Source: Desulfobacterales bacterium (GTDB lineage Bacteria; Desulfobacterota; Desulfobacteria; Desulfobacterales; DTYH01). From it: 44,457 bases of DNA. The notes under the pieces are model-generated. The model saw only the letters and a list, made by a program, of their open reading frames with translations. It did no database searches and had not been told where the DNA came from. A program made the translations under genes and the position numbers. Each line of letters begins with the position of its first letter. Positions within the stretch are counted from its first letter, which is position 1. This document shows, one piece after another, positions 1 to 9,963 of this stretch. Location: assembly GCA_012961955.1 (NCBI GenBank), contig DTYH01000082.1:1-44457 (forward strand), written 5' to 3'.

Positions 1-153
1 TGGGTTGAAATGGAATCCCGCGGGTCGATCCTTGGAGGGATTTCAAGCCCTTGGACTTATTAAATGTCCTAATTAGCCTTCAATTAGACAAGGGTCTTAA
101 ATGCGTCTTTTGTTTGAGGAAGAGTCCGTTGCATAACCAGAAAGGGATTTAAC

Positions 154-1935
154 ATGTTAACCATCTCGCAAAACTCAATATTTACTAGAGGTATATCACC
201 CGAAGTATCCAAGGTGATTCCTCTAAAGGAAGCGATACAAAGATATGTACGTCCCGGGATGGTGATCCACACATGTCAGACGGGTGTGAGGTGGTGTTCA
301 GCTATATATTATGAGATTGCGCGTCAATTTTGGGGTCAGGAAGGAATCTTCACCCTCGTCGGTATTTCCATGAATTTCCCACAGTCGATCCTCGTTCATG
401 GCAGGATGGTCAAAAAGGTCATTACCACATATTGTGGTGATCCCTATTATACCCCGAGTCCGAATCCAGTCTTCCAGAGGGCATTTCAGGAAGGTTCGCT
501 GGAGATAGAAAACTGGTCCATCCTGACACTCCCTCTCAGGCTCAAGGCGGCTGCACTTGGCCTCCCTTATCTTCCGACCCGATCCTTGATCGGAAGCGAT
601 ATGGCAAGAGAGAATAAGGCCTATTTTAAGGTGGTCCATGACCCTTTTTCTCCAGGGAATGAGGTAGGTCTGGTAAAGGCATTGCAGCCAGATCTGAGTA
701 TAATTCATGCCTGGCTTGCCGATCCTGAAGGGAATGCCATTTTCCTGCCACCGCTCGTCGAAAATCTGTATGGCGCTATGGCAAGCAGGGAGGGTGTTTT
801 GTTAACAGTCGAAAAAATCGTCTCGGTTGATGTAATCAGGGAATATTCTCATCTCACAAAGCTTCCAGGGATTTATGTAAAAAGCGTTTCCGAGGTGCCT
901 TTTGGCGCCCATCCCAGTGGTCTCTCCCGGGTCGGAATGAGGGAGATGGATCTATATGCCGAGGATTACGAATTTGTTGAGGAGGTTCATCAAAAAAGTA
1001 AAGACCCTAAAGAGTTACAGGCGTGGATTGAGGAATGGGTCCTTTCATGCAGGAACCATCAGGAATACCTGAGAAAGCTTGGTTACAGACGGATACTACA
1101 ATTAAAAGGCGAGTCGCATCTGGATTCCTGGCGGTTTGATATCAAAAGTATCGAAGATCTCCCCCGAACAGAAGCGTATACGCCTTTAGAGATGGCCGTC
1201 ATCGTCATGAGCCGAAAGTTGGCAGAGAGGGTCCAAAAGGAGAAATACCGCACCATGCTTGCGGGGGCGGGTATCGCCAACCTAGCTGCCTGGCTCTGCT
1301 ACTATCGGTTAAAGGAGGAAGGATATCCTCTCGAACTGATGGCCGAGATCGGCTTATACGGATATGAACCCCGGCCTATGGACCCCTCCATCTTCAATCA
1401 ACGAAATTTTCCCACGTGTAAGATGGTAACGGATACGCATACTCTTATGGGCGTCCTGATGGGAGGAGAGAATAACCGCTGCATCGGAGTGTTAGGCGCA
1501 GCAGAGGTAGATCGCTTCGGGAATATCAACTCCACAAAGATTTCTCAGAAGCGATTTATCGTAGGTTCCGGAGGAGCAAATGATATTGCCAGCTCAGCCC
1601 GTGAAGCAATGGTCATTGTCTTGCAATCCAGGAAGCGTCTTAAGGATAAGGTGTTTTACATTACCTCACCGGGAAGGAATGTTAGCACTGTTGTTTCTAC
1701 GATGGGTGTATTTGAAAAGCTCAAGGGGGATAGTACCCTGAGTCTAACCGGGTATTTCCGGATGGATGACAGCCCGCCTGAGGCTACCATAGAAGAGATA
1801 AGATCGAATTGCGGCTGGGACCTCAATGTTTCACCAGACGTTGTCGAGATCGAAAAGCCAACCGTAAAAGAGTTGGAGATGCTGCGAGTATTTGATCCAC
1901 ATAGATACTACCTCGGACCAAGACCAAAAAGTTAA
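154..1935 (+). CDS. Family I CoA-transferase, glutaconate CoA-transferase-like, alpha and beta subunits fused
   Basis: N-half has GctA-like motifs (LKAAALGLPYLPTRSLIGSD, PDLSIIHA..AD.EGN, PFGAHPS). C-half has GctB-like motifs (MAEIG with the putative catalytic Glu, GAAEVDRFGNINST, GSGGANDIAS, ITSPG). The true start may be slightly downstream. Confidence 0.85.
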   Translation: MLTISQNSIFTRGISPEVSKVIPLKEAIQRYVRPGMVIHTCQTGVRWCSAIYYEIARQFWGQEGIFTLVGISMNFPQSILVHGRMVKKVITTYCGDPYYTPSPNPVFQRAFQEGSLEIENWSILTLPLRLKAAALGLPYLPTRSLIGSDMARENKAYFKVVHDPFSPGNEVGLVKALQPDLSIIHAWLADPEGNAIFLPPLVENLYGAMASREGVLLTVEKIVSVDVIREYSHLTKLPGIYVKSVSEVPFGAHPSGLSRVGMREMDLYAEDYEFVEEVHQKSKDPKELQAWIEEWVLSCRNHQEYLRKLGYRRILQLKGESHLDSWRFDIKSIEDLPRTEAYTPLEMAVIVMSRKLAERVQKEKYRTMLAGAGIANLAAWLCYYRLKEEGYPLELMAEIGLYGYEPRPMDPSIFNQRNFPTCKMVTDTHTLMGVLMGGENNRCIGVLGAAEVDRFGNINSTKISQKRFIVGSGGANDIASSAREAMVIVLQSRKRLKDKVFYITSPGRNVSTVVSTMGVFEKLKGDSTLSLTGYFRMDDSPPEATIEEIRSNCGWDLNVSPDVVEIEKPTVKELEMLRVFDPHRYYLGPRPKS

Positions 1936-2050
1936 TATTTATAGTTCTTCTGACCCGTCTATTTCGTCTGTTTGGCTGACCAGATATACCAAACACTTAG
2001 GGATCCTTGAATCCTTTGCTACCAATTAAATCCGAGAAAAAACAGATTTA

Positions 2051-2842
2051 CTACATACCCTTGAACCTCGGCTCCCTTTTCTCCAGAAAGGCGGCTGTCC
2101 CCTCCTTGTGATCCTCAGTATCACAGCAAAATCCCTGAGTATAGATCTCATATTCTAAAGTCGTCTCTAAATCGAACTTCTCAAAGGCATCATAGATGAA
2201 ACGTTTGGCAATACTCACTGCAAGGGGTGCTCTACTGGCTATCTTCCTGGCCATATCTTTTGTAGCTCGGTCTAGATCATCAGGTGGAACCACCTTGTTC
2301 ACCATCCCGATCCGTAATGCCTCTTTTGCGTCAATCATGTCACCGGTAAAGACAAGCTCACATGCCTTTTTTGTACCAACCAACCGGGATAATAAATAAC
2401 TTCCACCATAATCCTGGATAAGACCCACCTTGACAAACGCCTGGCCGAACCTTGCACTTTCCGAAGCAATGATAATATCACAGGCGAGGGCTAGGTTACA
2501 CCCTGCGCCCACGGCAACTCCGTTCACCATTGCAATAACCGGGATGGAGAGCCTTCTAAGCTTAAGAGGGTTCTTCAGAACAGTCTTGAGCCCTGCCCTC
2601 CTTTCAGCTATGCTCATGCCCATCCTATCCCTCTGCGCACTTACGTCACCGCCAGCACAAAAGGCCCTCCCAGCGCCAGTAATTATCAGAACCCTTATTT
2701 CGCTGTCTTTTGCTACCTCATCGAGTTTCTCTCCAAATAGTACCTGAGCAGGCCAATCTAGAGCGTTTAATTTCTTCGGACGATTCAGGGTTATGGTGGC
2801 AATATTTCCTTCCTTTTTTAATAAGATACTATCTTCATCCAT
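2051..2842 (-). CDS. Enoyl-CoA hydratase/isomerase (crotonase) family protein
   Basis: ITLNRPKKLNAL, GAGRAFCAGGD, AMVNGVAVGAG, and C-terminal DHKEGTAAFLEKREPRFKG. Confidence 0.93.
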   Translation of the reverse strand: MDEDSILLKKEGNIATITLNRPKKLNALDWPAQVLFGEKLDEVAKDSEIRVLIITGAGRAFCAGGDVSAQRDRMGMSIAERRAGLKTVLKNPLKLRRLSIPVIAMVNGVAVGAGCNLALACDIIIASESARFGQAFVKVGLIQDYGGSYLLSRLVGTKKACELVFTGDMIDAKEALRIGMVNKVVPPDDLDRATKDMARKIASRAPLAVSIAKRFIYDAFEKFDLETTLEYEIYTQGFCCDTEDHKEGTAAFLEKREPRFKGM

Positions 2843-2897
2843 TTCTGATCGTCCTTTGCTGTTACTATTCAGTCAGCAAATCTTTCCCTGAATATAA

Positions 2898-2937
2898 GAG
2901 AAAAATAGGAGGAGCAAGGCGAAGCCCCACTCCTCCT
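2898..2937 (-). terminator. Intrinsic terminator after the OYE-like gene
   Basis: Minus strand reads AGGAGGAG-tggggcttcgccttg-CTCCTCCT followed by ATTTTTCTC. Confidence 0.65.
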
Positions 2938-2960
2938 TACATGCGTTTAACTGATAACCA

Positions 2961-4925
2961 TTAACACATCCTTCCTGCCTGGAACCCTTCGTACGTAGCA
3001 TTTATAATTCTACGAGGCTCCCGGGAATCTCCTACCGTAAGAATCTGGGGAACAATCCCTTTCAATTCTTGAGCCAGTCTGTTATTCGGGGTAAATCCCA
3101 GGGCAAGGATAACCGTATCCCCCTCCACAAGATTCTCATTACCATCCTTGTCCACTACGATAAGCCCTTTATCAGTGACCTCCTTGTATGTGGAGAATGG
3201 AACTATCTTCAACTTATAATTGGGTATCTTTGTCGTGAAAAGCCAGTAACGATGTATCGGTTCCATATCGACTCCTGGACCGTCGGTAAGTAGATACTGA
3301 TCAGTACGGCGGGTGACCAGGGTAATATTCTTCCCTTGCTCGCCCAACACCACACAGAGGTCCATCCCCGTGAGCCCTGCGCCCACGACGATGGGGTTGT
3401 CCCCCACGTCTTTTACCTTGCCACTGAGCACGTCTACCCCCTGGACCGCCTTTTCCTTACCCGGAATGTCAGGTAGGATGGGAACAGCTCCGGTGGCCAA
3501 AATGACCGTATCTGGCTTCATGTTTCCCACGTCAGCTGCAGTGGCTTCCTTGTTCAACTCTATCTTTACATCCAGGTCTTTCAGCTTCTTCTCTAGATAG
3601 GCCTTTGGCCAGATATACTTGCCTTTTCCAGGGGCTGCAGCTGCGAGGTACAATGTTCCCCCAAGCCGGTCACTCTTTTCCCACAACGTCACGTCGTGGC
3701 CTCGCATCTTGGCTGCACAAGCGGCCCACATACCAGCCGGTCCTCCTCCGATGACCAGAACCTTTTTTGCCTCAGGTGCAGGAGTGATTTCTACATACTC
3801 CTTTCTTCTCCCAAGTAAAGGATTTACGGTACAACGACAGTGAAGGTCAGCAAAGACATGGTTTCCTATGCAGCCTATATTACAGCTTATACACTTATTA
3901 ATATCGTCCTCTCGACCTTCATATGCCTTCTTGGGCCATTCAGGATCAGCGAGTAATCCCCTGCTTATGGCAACAAAATCCGCTCGTCCCTCGGCAATTA
4001 TCTTCTCAGCAATGGAAGGGGTGCGGATGTTGCCTACGCAGATCACGGGTATATTCACCACGCTCTTGATAGCCTCCGCTTGGTAAACCCTCCAGCCTTC
4101 CTTATAGTCCATCACGTCAAGAAGGGTTTGCATGCTCTCATAGATCCCGCAGCTGATATCTAACAGATCAACGCCGGCAGCTTCCAAGGCCTTGGCGATC
4201 TCTTTCGATTCATCCAGGGTGAGCCCGCCCGGGACAAACTCTTCAACGCTGTACCGGACACAGATGGGAAAATCCGGACCCACTTTTTCCCTCGTACGTT
4301 CGATGATCTCTAACAGAAACCTCATACGGTTTTCCAGCGATCCTCCATATTCGTCCGTCCTCTTATTGGTGTACGGGGAAAGGAATTGGCAAATGAGATA
4401 CCCGTGGGCACCATGGAATTCCACGCCATCCATTCCTGCCATTTTTACCCGGAGGGCCGCCTCCGAATACCTTTCGATAAGGTCCTTGATGTCTTCCTTG
4501 GTGGCCTCCCTGGCAGTGGTCTGCATGATTCCACAGGTGCTTTCAGAGGCCGATATGGGCTGTACCCCTTCGCTAATCCGCAAGTCTGTCTGCCGACCAG
4601 CGTGGTGGACCTGCTGGAAAATCTTGCAATCGTAAAGGTGCGCTGCTTCTGCCAATTGCTGATATCCGGCGATATACTTATTATCGTCCAGACGTAACTG
4701 TCTCACCACATTCTTCCCTTCCGGGTATTTGACCTGCGTATTTTCCACGATGATCAACCCTGTGCCGCCCTCAGCGATCCGGCGATAATGATCTACCATA
4801 AGATCGGTGACTTCACCTGTTGCCGAAGCGAAATTGGTAGTGGTAGGGGGGTGTACGATACGGTTTTTTATCTCAAGTTTTCCAACCATAATAGGTTCCC
4901 AAAGCTTTGGATATCTTCCTGACAT
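2961..4925 (-). CDS. NADH:flavin oxidoreductase (old yellow enzyme TIM barrel + 4Fe-4S + FAD/NAD domain; 2,4-dienoyl-CoA reductase/BaiCD-like)
   Basis: KNRIV.PP, HGAHGYL..QFLSP.TNKRTDEYGGSLENR, Cys motif CISCNIGC...C, and GGGPAG Rossmann motif. Confidence 0.92.
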   Translation of the reverse strand: MSGRYPKLWEPIMVGKLEIKNRIVHPPTTTNFASATGEVTDLMVDHYRRIAEGGTGLIIVENTQVKYPEGKNVVRQLRLDDNKYIAGYQQLAEAAHLYDCKIFQQVHHAGRQTDLRISEGVQPISASESTCGIMQTTAREATKEDIKDLIERYSEAALRVKMAGMDGVEFHGAHGYLICQFLSPYTNKRTDEYGGSLENRMRFLLEIIERTREKVGPDFPICVRYSVEEFVPGGLTLDESKEIAKALEAAGVDLLDISCGIYESMQTLLDVMDYKEGWRVYQAEAIKSVVNIPVICVGNIRTPSIAEKIIAEGRADFVAISRGLLADPEWPKKAYEGREDDINKCISCNIGCIGNHVFADLHCRCTVNPLLGRRKEYVEITPAPEAKKVLVIGGGPAGMWAACAAKMRGHDVTLWEKSDRLGGTLYLAAAAPGKGKYIWPKAYLEKKLKDLDVKIELNKEATAADVGNMKPDTVILATGAVPILPDIPGKEKAVQGVDVLSGKVKDVGDNPIVVGAGLTGMDLCVVLGEQGKNITLVTRRTDQYLLTDGPGVDMEPIHRYWLFTTKIPNYKLKIVPFSTYKEVTDKGLIVVDKDGNENLVEGDTVILALGFTPNNRLAQELKGIVPQILTVGDSREPRRIINATYEGFQAGRMC

Positions 4926-5028
4926 TCTGTAGGCTCCTTTCTTAAGTCTTTGCGTTATAAGATCATCAACACCCCTTCGCCAGGAGAATCTTCCCAGACA
5001 AAAAAGAATTCCACCATTTCCAGTTAAG

Positions 5029-5538
5029 CTAAATGGCTTCCAACTGGAAAATACAATCGGGATCCCCCTTGGGTCGGCTAGCCTTGCGGATGGCTTTTAC
5101 CTTCCCCATCTTCGGATAGAACTCGGGGAGCAACGAATCACACCAATTAGAACATGTAGCCTTGGCGACATATTCCTCCCTCTTGTCGGCCGGGATGTTG
5201 TCCCACACCGGACAAGTCTTCACTTCCTCATAGCACACAGTAGGGGAAACAACGGTCCACGGGCACTCAAAACCCCAGATATGATGAATGTGATCCGAAA
5301 CATTAATAAGGGTTTGCTGGTCCGCCTCTCCGGGTTTAAAACCAAAATACTCCTGGTAAAACTGTGTGCCAACAATACCCTGAGTCCGGCCTACACTCCG
5401 CAGAAGCTCAACCGCCTTATCGTAACCATACATCTTCTCTGACTCCTGAAACCAGGTCCAAAGAGTAGACCAAATGCCCCATACAGCAAAAGAAAAACGC
5501 TCATCAGGAGTCAAATCTTTGGCTAATTTCCCGCTCAT
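5029..5538 (-). CDS. Small Cys-containing protein, ATC-hydrolase/V4R-like fold (function unknown)
   Basis: Strong RBS (AGGAGGAGG). Motifs YGYDKAVELL..VG, CPVW...C..WC and C-terminal R.KGDPDCIF are typical of the L-2-amino-thiazoline-4-carboxylate hydrolase/V4R-like family. Confidence 0.6.
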   Translation of the reverse strand: MSGKLAKDLTPDERFSFAVWGIWSTLWTWFQESEKMYGYDKAVELLRSVGRTQGIVGTQFYQEYFGFKPGEADQQTLINVSDHIHHIWGFECPWTVVSPTVCYEEVKTCPVWDNIPADKREEYVAKATCSNWCDSLLPEFYPKMGKVKAIRKASRPKGDPDCIFQLEAI

Positions 5539-5652
5539 AACCTCCTCCTTTCTTCTTGAGATGAAAACTTAAACTCGGAAACTGTGGGTTAAGATGGGAA
5601 TCTCTTACACAGGGAAAGGACTGTCTCTGATCATAAAAACCCTCTGCTGAAT

Positions 5653-5675
5653 GACTAAATGTGACATATTTAGTC
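5653..5675. promoter_or_regulatory. Palindromic operator candidate
   Basis: GACTAAAT-gtgacat-ATTTAGTC, a perfect 8-bp inverted repeat about 115 bp upstream of the 5538 start. Confidence 0.45.
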
Positions 5676-6388
5676 TGTTAATCGACGGAAAAATTAAAAG
5701 TTCCGCTAGGTCGTTTCACGAAAAATCGAGCGTTTAGCCGCTTGCTTTCCTATTGAGCAGTTGGTAAGATCATAGGGTAGAAGACGTAAGGAGGCTGGGC
5801 AAAAATACCGAGTTCAGTCCGGCACGTGTTATCATGTCGTGAAGACGCACAGGGTTGTTGCTCGAATGCTGCTATTCCTGACGATCCCTATCGCATGATT
5901 AACTTCTTCTATTAAGGCCTAAGATTCTGTGCCAATCACGTATGCGCCTGGTAGTGTGATGCAGCAGACAGGAGGGGTTGACTCTGAGATGCACAGCATC
6001 CGAACAGTTGCTCTTGGGTCATTAACCGGTAGCCCACAAACATAACATCTTCAAGGGGATAGGTTATAGCGATACTAGCATCAGATCGCGGTATGTATTG
6101 GTCCTTTCAGCCATCGGTACAGGCCAGAACTGTAGAGGACAAAAGCACGAACAAATGCGACAACAAAACGAGAGAAGATCACTCCATGCTGGCGCTGCTG
6201 GCACAGACAAAGATTCTTACCTTTCTTACATGTATGCCTTGATCCAACGGTTAACTTAAGCAGTCTGTCCAGGAATCAAAGCTTGGTTACACATATAGCA
6301 CTTTTCAGTTAAGAATAGCTATGACCAAATTATCCGCGACGGCGTATGCTGGTGAATAGGGTTTTTTTGTGTCTACCTTCTATTTCGT

Positions 6389-6417
6389 TTTATATCATGA
6401 CATACCTTTTCAGTCAA
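6389..6417 (-). promoter_or_regulatory. sigma70-type promoter
   Basis: Minus strand TTGACT-17 nt-TATAAA with TG upstream of the -10 element. Confidence 0.55.
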
Positions 6418-6814
6418 GATTTTTTTCTTTCCCTATGGCCTTCTCCCTCCTAACGCGTATCACGTTGCGGAAAGTTGGCTCAACTTCCTAACCAGGAAAG
6501 GAATCCTACGTTGGTGTTGTAAATTTTCGGTTTCCCGTTACGTTTTCCGGGCGATCATCGGTAAAAGGGGATAGGCAATATATATTCTTTTGCATGGGGT
6601 CAAAAGGTTACTAATCCCTTAATTCTTGCCCCTTTATCGCTGATACTTTCACACGGTAATCTACAACCCTTGTGGGATAGCCGAATATTTACTTAGTCTT
6701 TCTATCAGCTTGGTAGTGAAACCCCTTTGGGAAACCCGCAGTTTGCGATAGGGCATCCTATTGCAATAACATCATTTATTGCAAGGCTATTAAAGGTATT
6801 TATGAAACGCTCAA

Positions 6815-7618
6815 CTACTGATTCCAGTGGGATGGAACATCAAAAAACTGAAACGCGTTTTCAAAGGTAAGCCTGATCTTAACTTCGGGTGAAAACTCCT
6901 TAGAACGGTTCAACGCGTAAAGGTCTTCATAGAAGGCGATAACGGAATCGGTATTGCACATGATTCGATATATATCCTGGGGATGGTCATTTACGATCCT
7001 CTTCAATTCGTTCAGAGAGGTCTTGATGGGACTGAGCGTCACTCCTGCCCAGTACCCCTTCTCCAAGACGTGACCTATGGTCTCCGGTGTACAGTGGTCA
7101 ACCACTGTGATTTCTGCCAGCCCAGGGTGCGCATCCAAGATCGAAAGGACCTGATTGGTGATCTCCACCTTATTACCCCTGGGGGTATGAACACCAAATC
7201 TTTTGCCCATATCGATAAGTGTCCGGCACAGCTCCAGATGTGCTTCAAAGACTTCTTTCTCCTGATCGCTTCCGGTCTCAAGACCGATCTCGCCGATCCC
7301 AAGACAGATAGGATCCTCCAGAAATGGAAGCAAAAGATCTTCTACGTCCTCGGCGCGGAGATCCTGTGGTATATTCCTGGGATGGATGCCACAGAGAAGG
7401 AAACAGTCCAATCCTTTCCGTCTGAGATGTCGGATAACGTTGGCCTGGCTCTCCATGTAATCCTTCAGGTCCCTACTCCTTTCAATCCTCATACCAAAAG
7501 CCCACGAGATTAGGATACACCCGTATCCTTGCAGAACCTTGATCCGCCCCGGGTCTTCCTTGTACAAGAGGTCAAGATGGACATGACTATCGATGATCCT
7601 GTTTTCAAAACCCTTCAT
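6815..7618 (-). CDS. TatD-family metal-dependent hydrolase
   Basis: IIDSHVH, GIHP, GIGEIGLE, VHTP, DH and NTD amidohydrolase motifs. Confidence 0.85.
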   Translation of the reverse strand: MKGFENRIIDSHVHLDLLYKEDPGRIKVLQGYGCILISWAFGMRIERSRDLKDYMESQANVIRHLRRKGLDCFLLCGIHPRNIPQDLRAEDVEDLLLPFLEDPICLGIGEIGLETGSDQEKEVFEAHLELCRTLIDMGKRFGVHTPRGNKVEITNQVLSILDAHPGLAEITVVDHCTPETIGHVLEKGYWAGVTLSPIKTSLNELKRIVNDHPQDIYRIMCNTDSVIAFYEDLYALNRSKEFSPEVKIRLTFENAFQFFDVPSHWNQ

Positions 7619-7974
7619 CTTTTATGACTCCTTTCCTCACCCTATTTGCTCTGCCCCACCTCGGCAGCTTCGGTCTTTGATATTGGTAGGTCACAATAAG
7701 TAGAACGTTTTCCTTAAATCGTTCGAACAAAGAATCCTCCCGCTAAACGATTAGTACAATTTTGTAGCACTCTAGCTCTTTGAAAAAAGAGTTAAAGTGT
7801 TATCTTCCATTTAATCTCTTTGGGTAGTAGTACAAAAAGTGATTAAATCTTATTAATTTGATTGACAATCGAAATTAAATATTGCAATCTCTCCATTCCT
7901 CATTAAATTTATACAGTACAAACTGTAACCTAAGCAAAGAATTTTCTCATCTAAAACGTTACAGGAGTAAAACT

Positions 7975-8742
7975 ATGTTGATAATCGAGGATCTAAAGGT
8001 TGAGGTTCAGGGTAAGACCATCCTTGAACATATTGACCTTGAGGTGCCACCAGGCAAAACCTACATCCTCTTTGGCCCCAACGGTTCAGGTAAGACCTCA
8101 CTCTTGATGGCCATCATGGGGTTCAGCGGATATAAGGTAGTTAAGGGCAAGATATGCTTCAAAGGAGAGGATATCACCAACCTTCCCATAAATGAACGTG
8201 CCCGCATGGGGATTGGCATGTCTTTTCAAAGACCACCATCCATCGATGGTGTAAAGGTGAGGGATATTCTCAAGATATGTGGAGCAAAGGATGATGAAGT
8301 AAATGAACTTGCTTCGAATGTTCACTTTTTGGAATTCATGGATCGAGATGTAAATGTTGGCTTTTCTGGCGGGGAAATAAAGAGATCAGAGCTTCTTCAG
8401 CTCATGGCACAGAGCCCTGATCTATTATTATTTGACGAACCTGAGTCTGGGGTCGATCTGGAAAATATCTCGCTGATTGGAAACGCTATAAACTATCTCT
8501 TGAAGGGAATTAGCCAGGGCAAGAGGGAATATTGTACGTACAAAGAAAGGTCTACACGGAAACGGAGTGGCCTCATAATTACGCATACTGGCCACATTCT
8601 AAACTATGTTGATGCAGATATGGCCAATGTCCTTTATAACGGTAGAATAGCCTGTCAGGGAAACCCAAGAGAGATCTTAAGAGGAATTTCCGTCCACGGT
8701 TATGGAGAGTGTATAAGATGTCTAAACAATTGCAACAAATAG
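7975..8742 (+). CDS. sufC: SufC-like ABC ATPase (SmsC type)
   Basis: RBS AGGAG precedes ATG 7975. Walker [42 protein letters not shown], and C-terminal C-x18-CxxC. Confidence 0.92.
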   Translation: MLIIEDLKVEVQGKTILEHIDLEVPPGKTYILFGPNGSGKTSLLMAIMGFSGYKVVKGKICFKGEDITNLPINERARMGIGMSFQRPPSIDGVKVRDILKICGAKDDEVNELASNVHFLEFMDRDVNVGFSGGEIKRSELLQLMAQSPDLLLFDEPESGVDLENISLIGNAINYLLKGISQGKREYCTYKERSTRKRSGLIITHTGHILNYVDADMANVLYNGRIACQGNPREILRGISVHGYGECIRCLNNCNK

Positions 8743-9887
8743 ATGTCGAGAAGTTTATTCATGAAGGCGGGGAGCATCCTTATATCGACGATCTGAATCA
8801 GATACCGGCTGATGATCAGCAACGGATGATTCTAGCGGGTATAGATGTAAGTGAGGAGGAACGTTCAGGCACCTATATTCAGGAAGATCATAGTGTTGTT
8901 CACTGCAAGACCAGGCAGGACGGCCTGGAAGTGCTTGACATCAATACAGCCCTTGAGCGTTATGAATGGCTGAGGGACTATATGTGGCGTGCAGTAAACC
9001 CCGATACGGACGAGTTTACACGAATGGCAAATCATATCTCACATTACGGTTACTTTATTCGCGCACTACCAGGAGCGCGCTCACTCTATCCTGTTCAGGC
9101 CTGTCTCTACTTAAAGACAGAAAACCTTTCCCAGAATGTGCACAATATCGTCATTGCGGACGAAGGGTCTGAATTACACATCATAACCGGGTGCTCTACG
9201 AGCAAGGACTTAAGTGCTGGTCTCCACATCGGTATATCTGAGTTTTATGTTAAGAAGGGGGCAAAGTTAAGTTTTACCATGATCCACAACTGGTCAGAAG
9301 GGGTCGTAGTTAGGCCTCGCTCAATCACTGTGGTTGAAGAAGATGCCCAGTTTATCAATAATTTTATAATCCTTAATCCCGTAAAATCGCTCCAGATGTA
9401 TCCAACCACATATATGGAGGGTCCCAGGGGAGTCGTTCGGTACAATTCTATCCTGGTTACACCTCCAGGTTCACACGTCGATGCAGGTGGACGTGTATAT
9501 CTTAGGAAGGAGGGTTGTCGTGCAGAGATCATTTCCAGAACAATAACTACTGGAGGGCATATTATAGCACGTGGCCATCTGATCGGTGAAGTGCCCGGTA
9601 TAAGGGCACATCTGGAATGTAAAGGGCTTATCCTAGGAGATGGAGTCATACATGCCATTCCGGAGCTTGAGGGTCGATCTGAAGGATTAGAGATGTCCCA
9701 TGAGGCAGCGGTGGGACGTATTGCACAGGAGGAAATTGAATATTTGATGGCACGAGGCCTTAGCGAAGAAGAAGCAACCAGTGTTATTGTGCGCGGTTTT
9801 CTCAACGTGGATATTCAAGGGCTCCCACCTCAGCTACAAAAGGAAATAGACAAGGCCATTCAAAAGGGGGAAAAGGAGTTCTTTTAA
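8718..9887 (+). CDS. sufB: SufB/SufD-family Fe-S scaffold (SmsB type)
   Basis: [66 protein letters not shown]. It overlaps the end of sufC. Confidence 0.9.
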   Translation: MSKQLQQIDVEKFIHEGGEHPYIDDLNQIPADDQQRMILAGIDVSEEERSGTYIQEDHSVVHCKTRQDGLEVLDINTALERYEWLRDYMWRAVNPDTDEFTRMANHISHYGYFIRALPGARSLYPVQACLYLKTENLSQNVHNIVIADEGSELHIITGCSTSKDLSAGLHIGISEFYVKKGAKLSFTMIHNWSEGVVVRPRSITVVEEDAQFINNFIILNPVKSLQMYPTTYMEGPRGVVRYNSILVTPPGSHVDAGGRVYLRKEGCRAEIISRTITTGGHIIARGHLIGEVPGIRAHLECKGLILGDGVIHAIPELEGRSEGLEMSHEAAVGRIAQEEIEYLMARGLSEEEATSVIVRGFLNVDIQGLPPQLQKEIDKAIQKGEKEFF

Positions 9888-9888
9888 G

Positions 9889-9926
9889 GTAACCGTTCAC
9901 CGGAGCTGACATCCCGGTGAACGGTT
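9889..9926. terminator. Hairpin between convergent genes (terminator or REP-like element)
   Basis: AACCGTTCACCGG (9891-9903) pairs perfectly with CCGGTGAACGGTT (9914-9926). Confidence 0.65.
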
Positions 9927-9963
9927 GGTTAGTCACTTGTGTTCAAAAGCTGGGCTAAAATTT

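Noticed and set aside
7882-7974. N-terminal extension of SufC in the ORF track; similar extensions at 25579, 18334 and 40527
   Set aside because: Downstream starts fit RBS position or family length better (7975, 25600, 18379, 40506).
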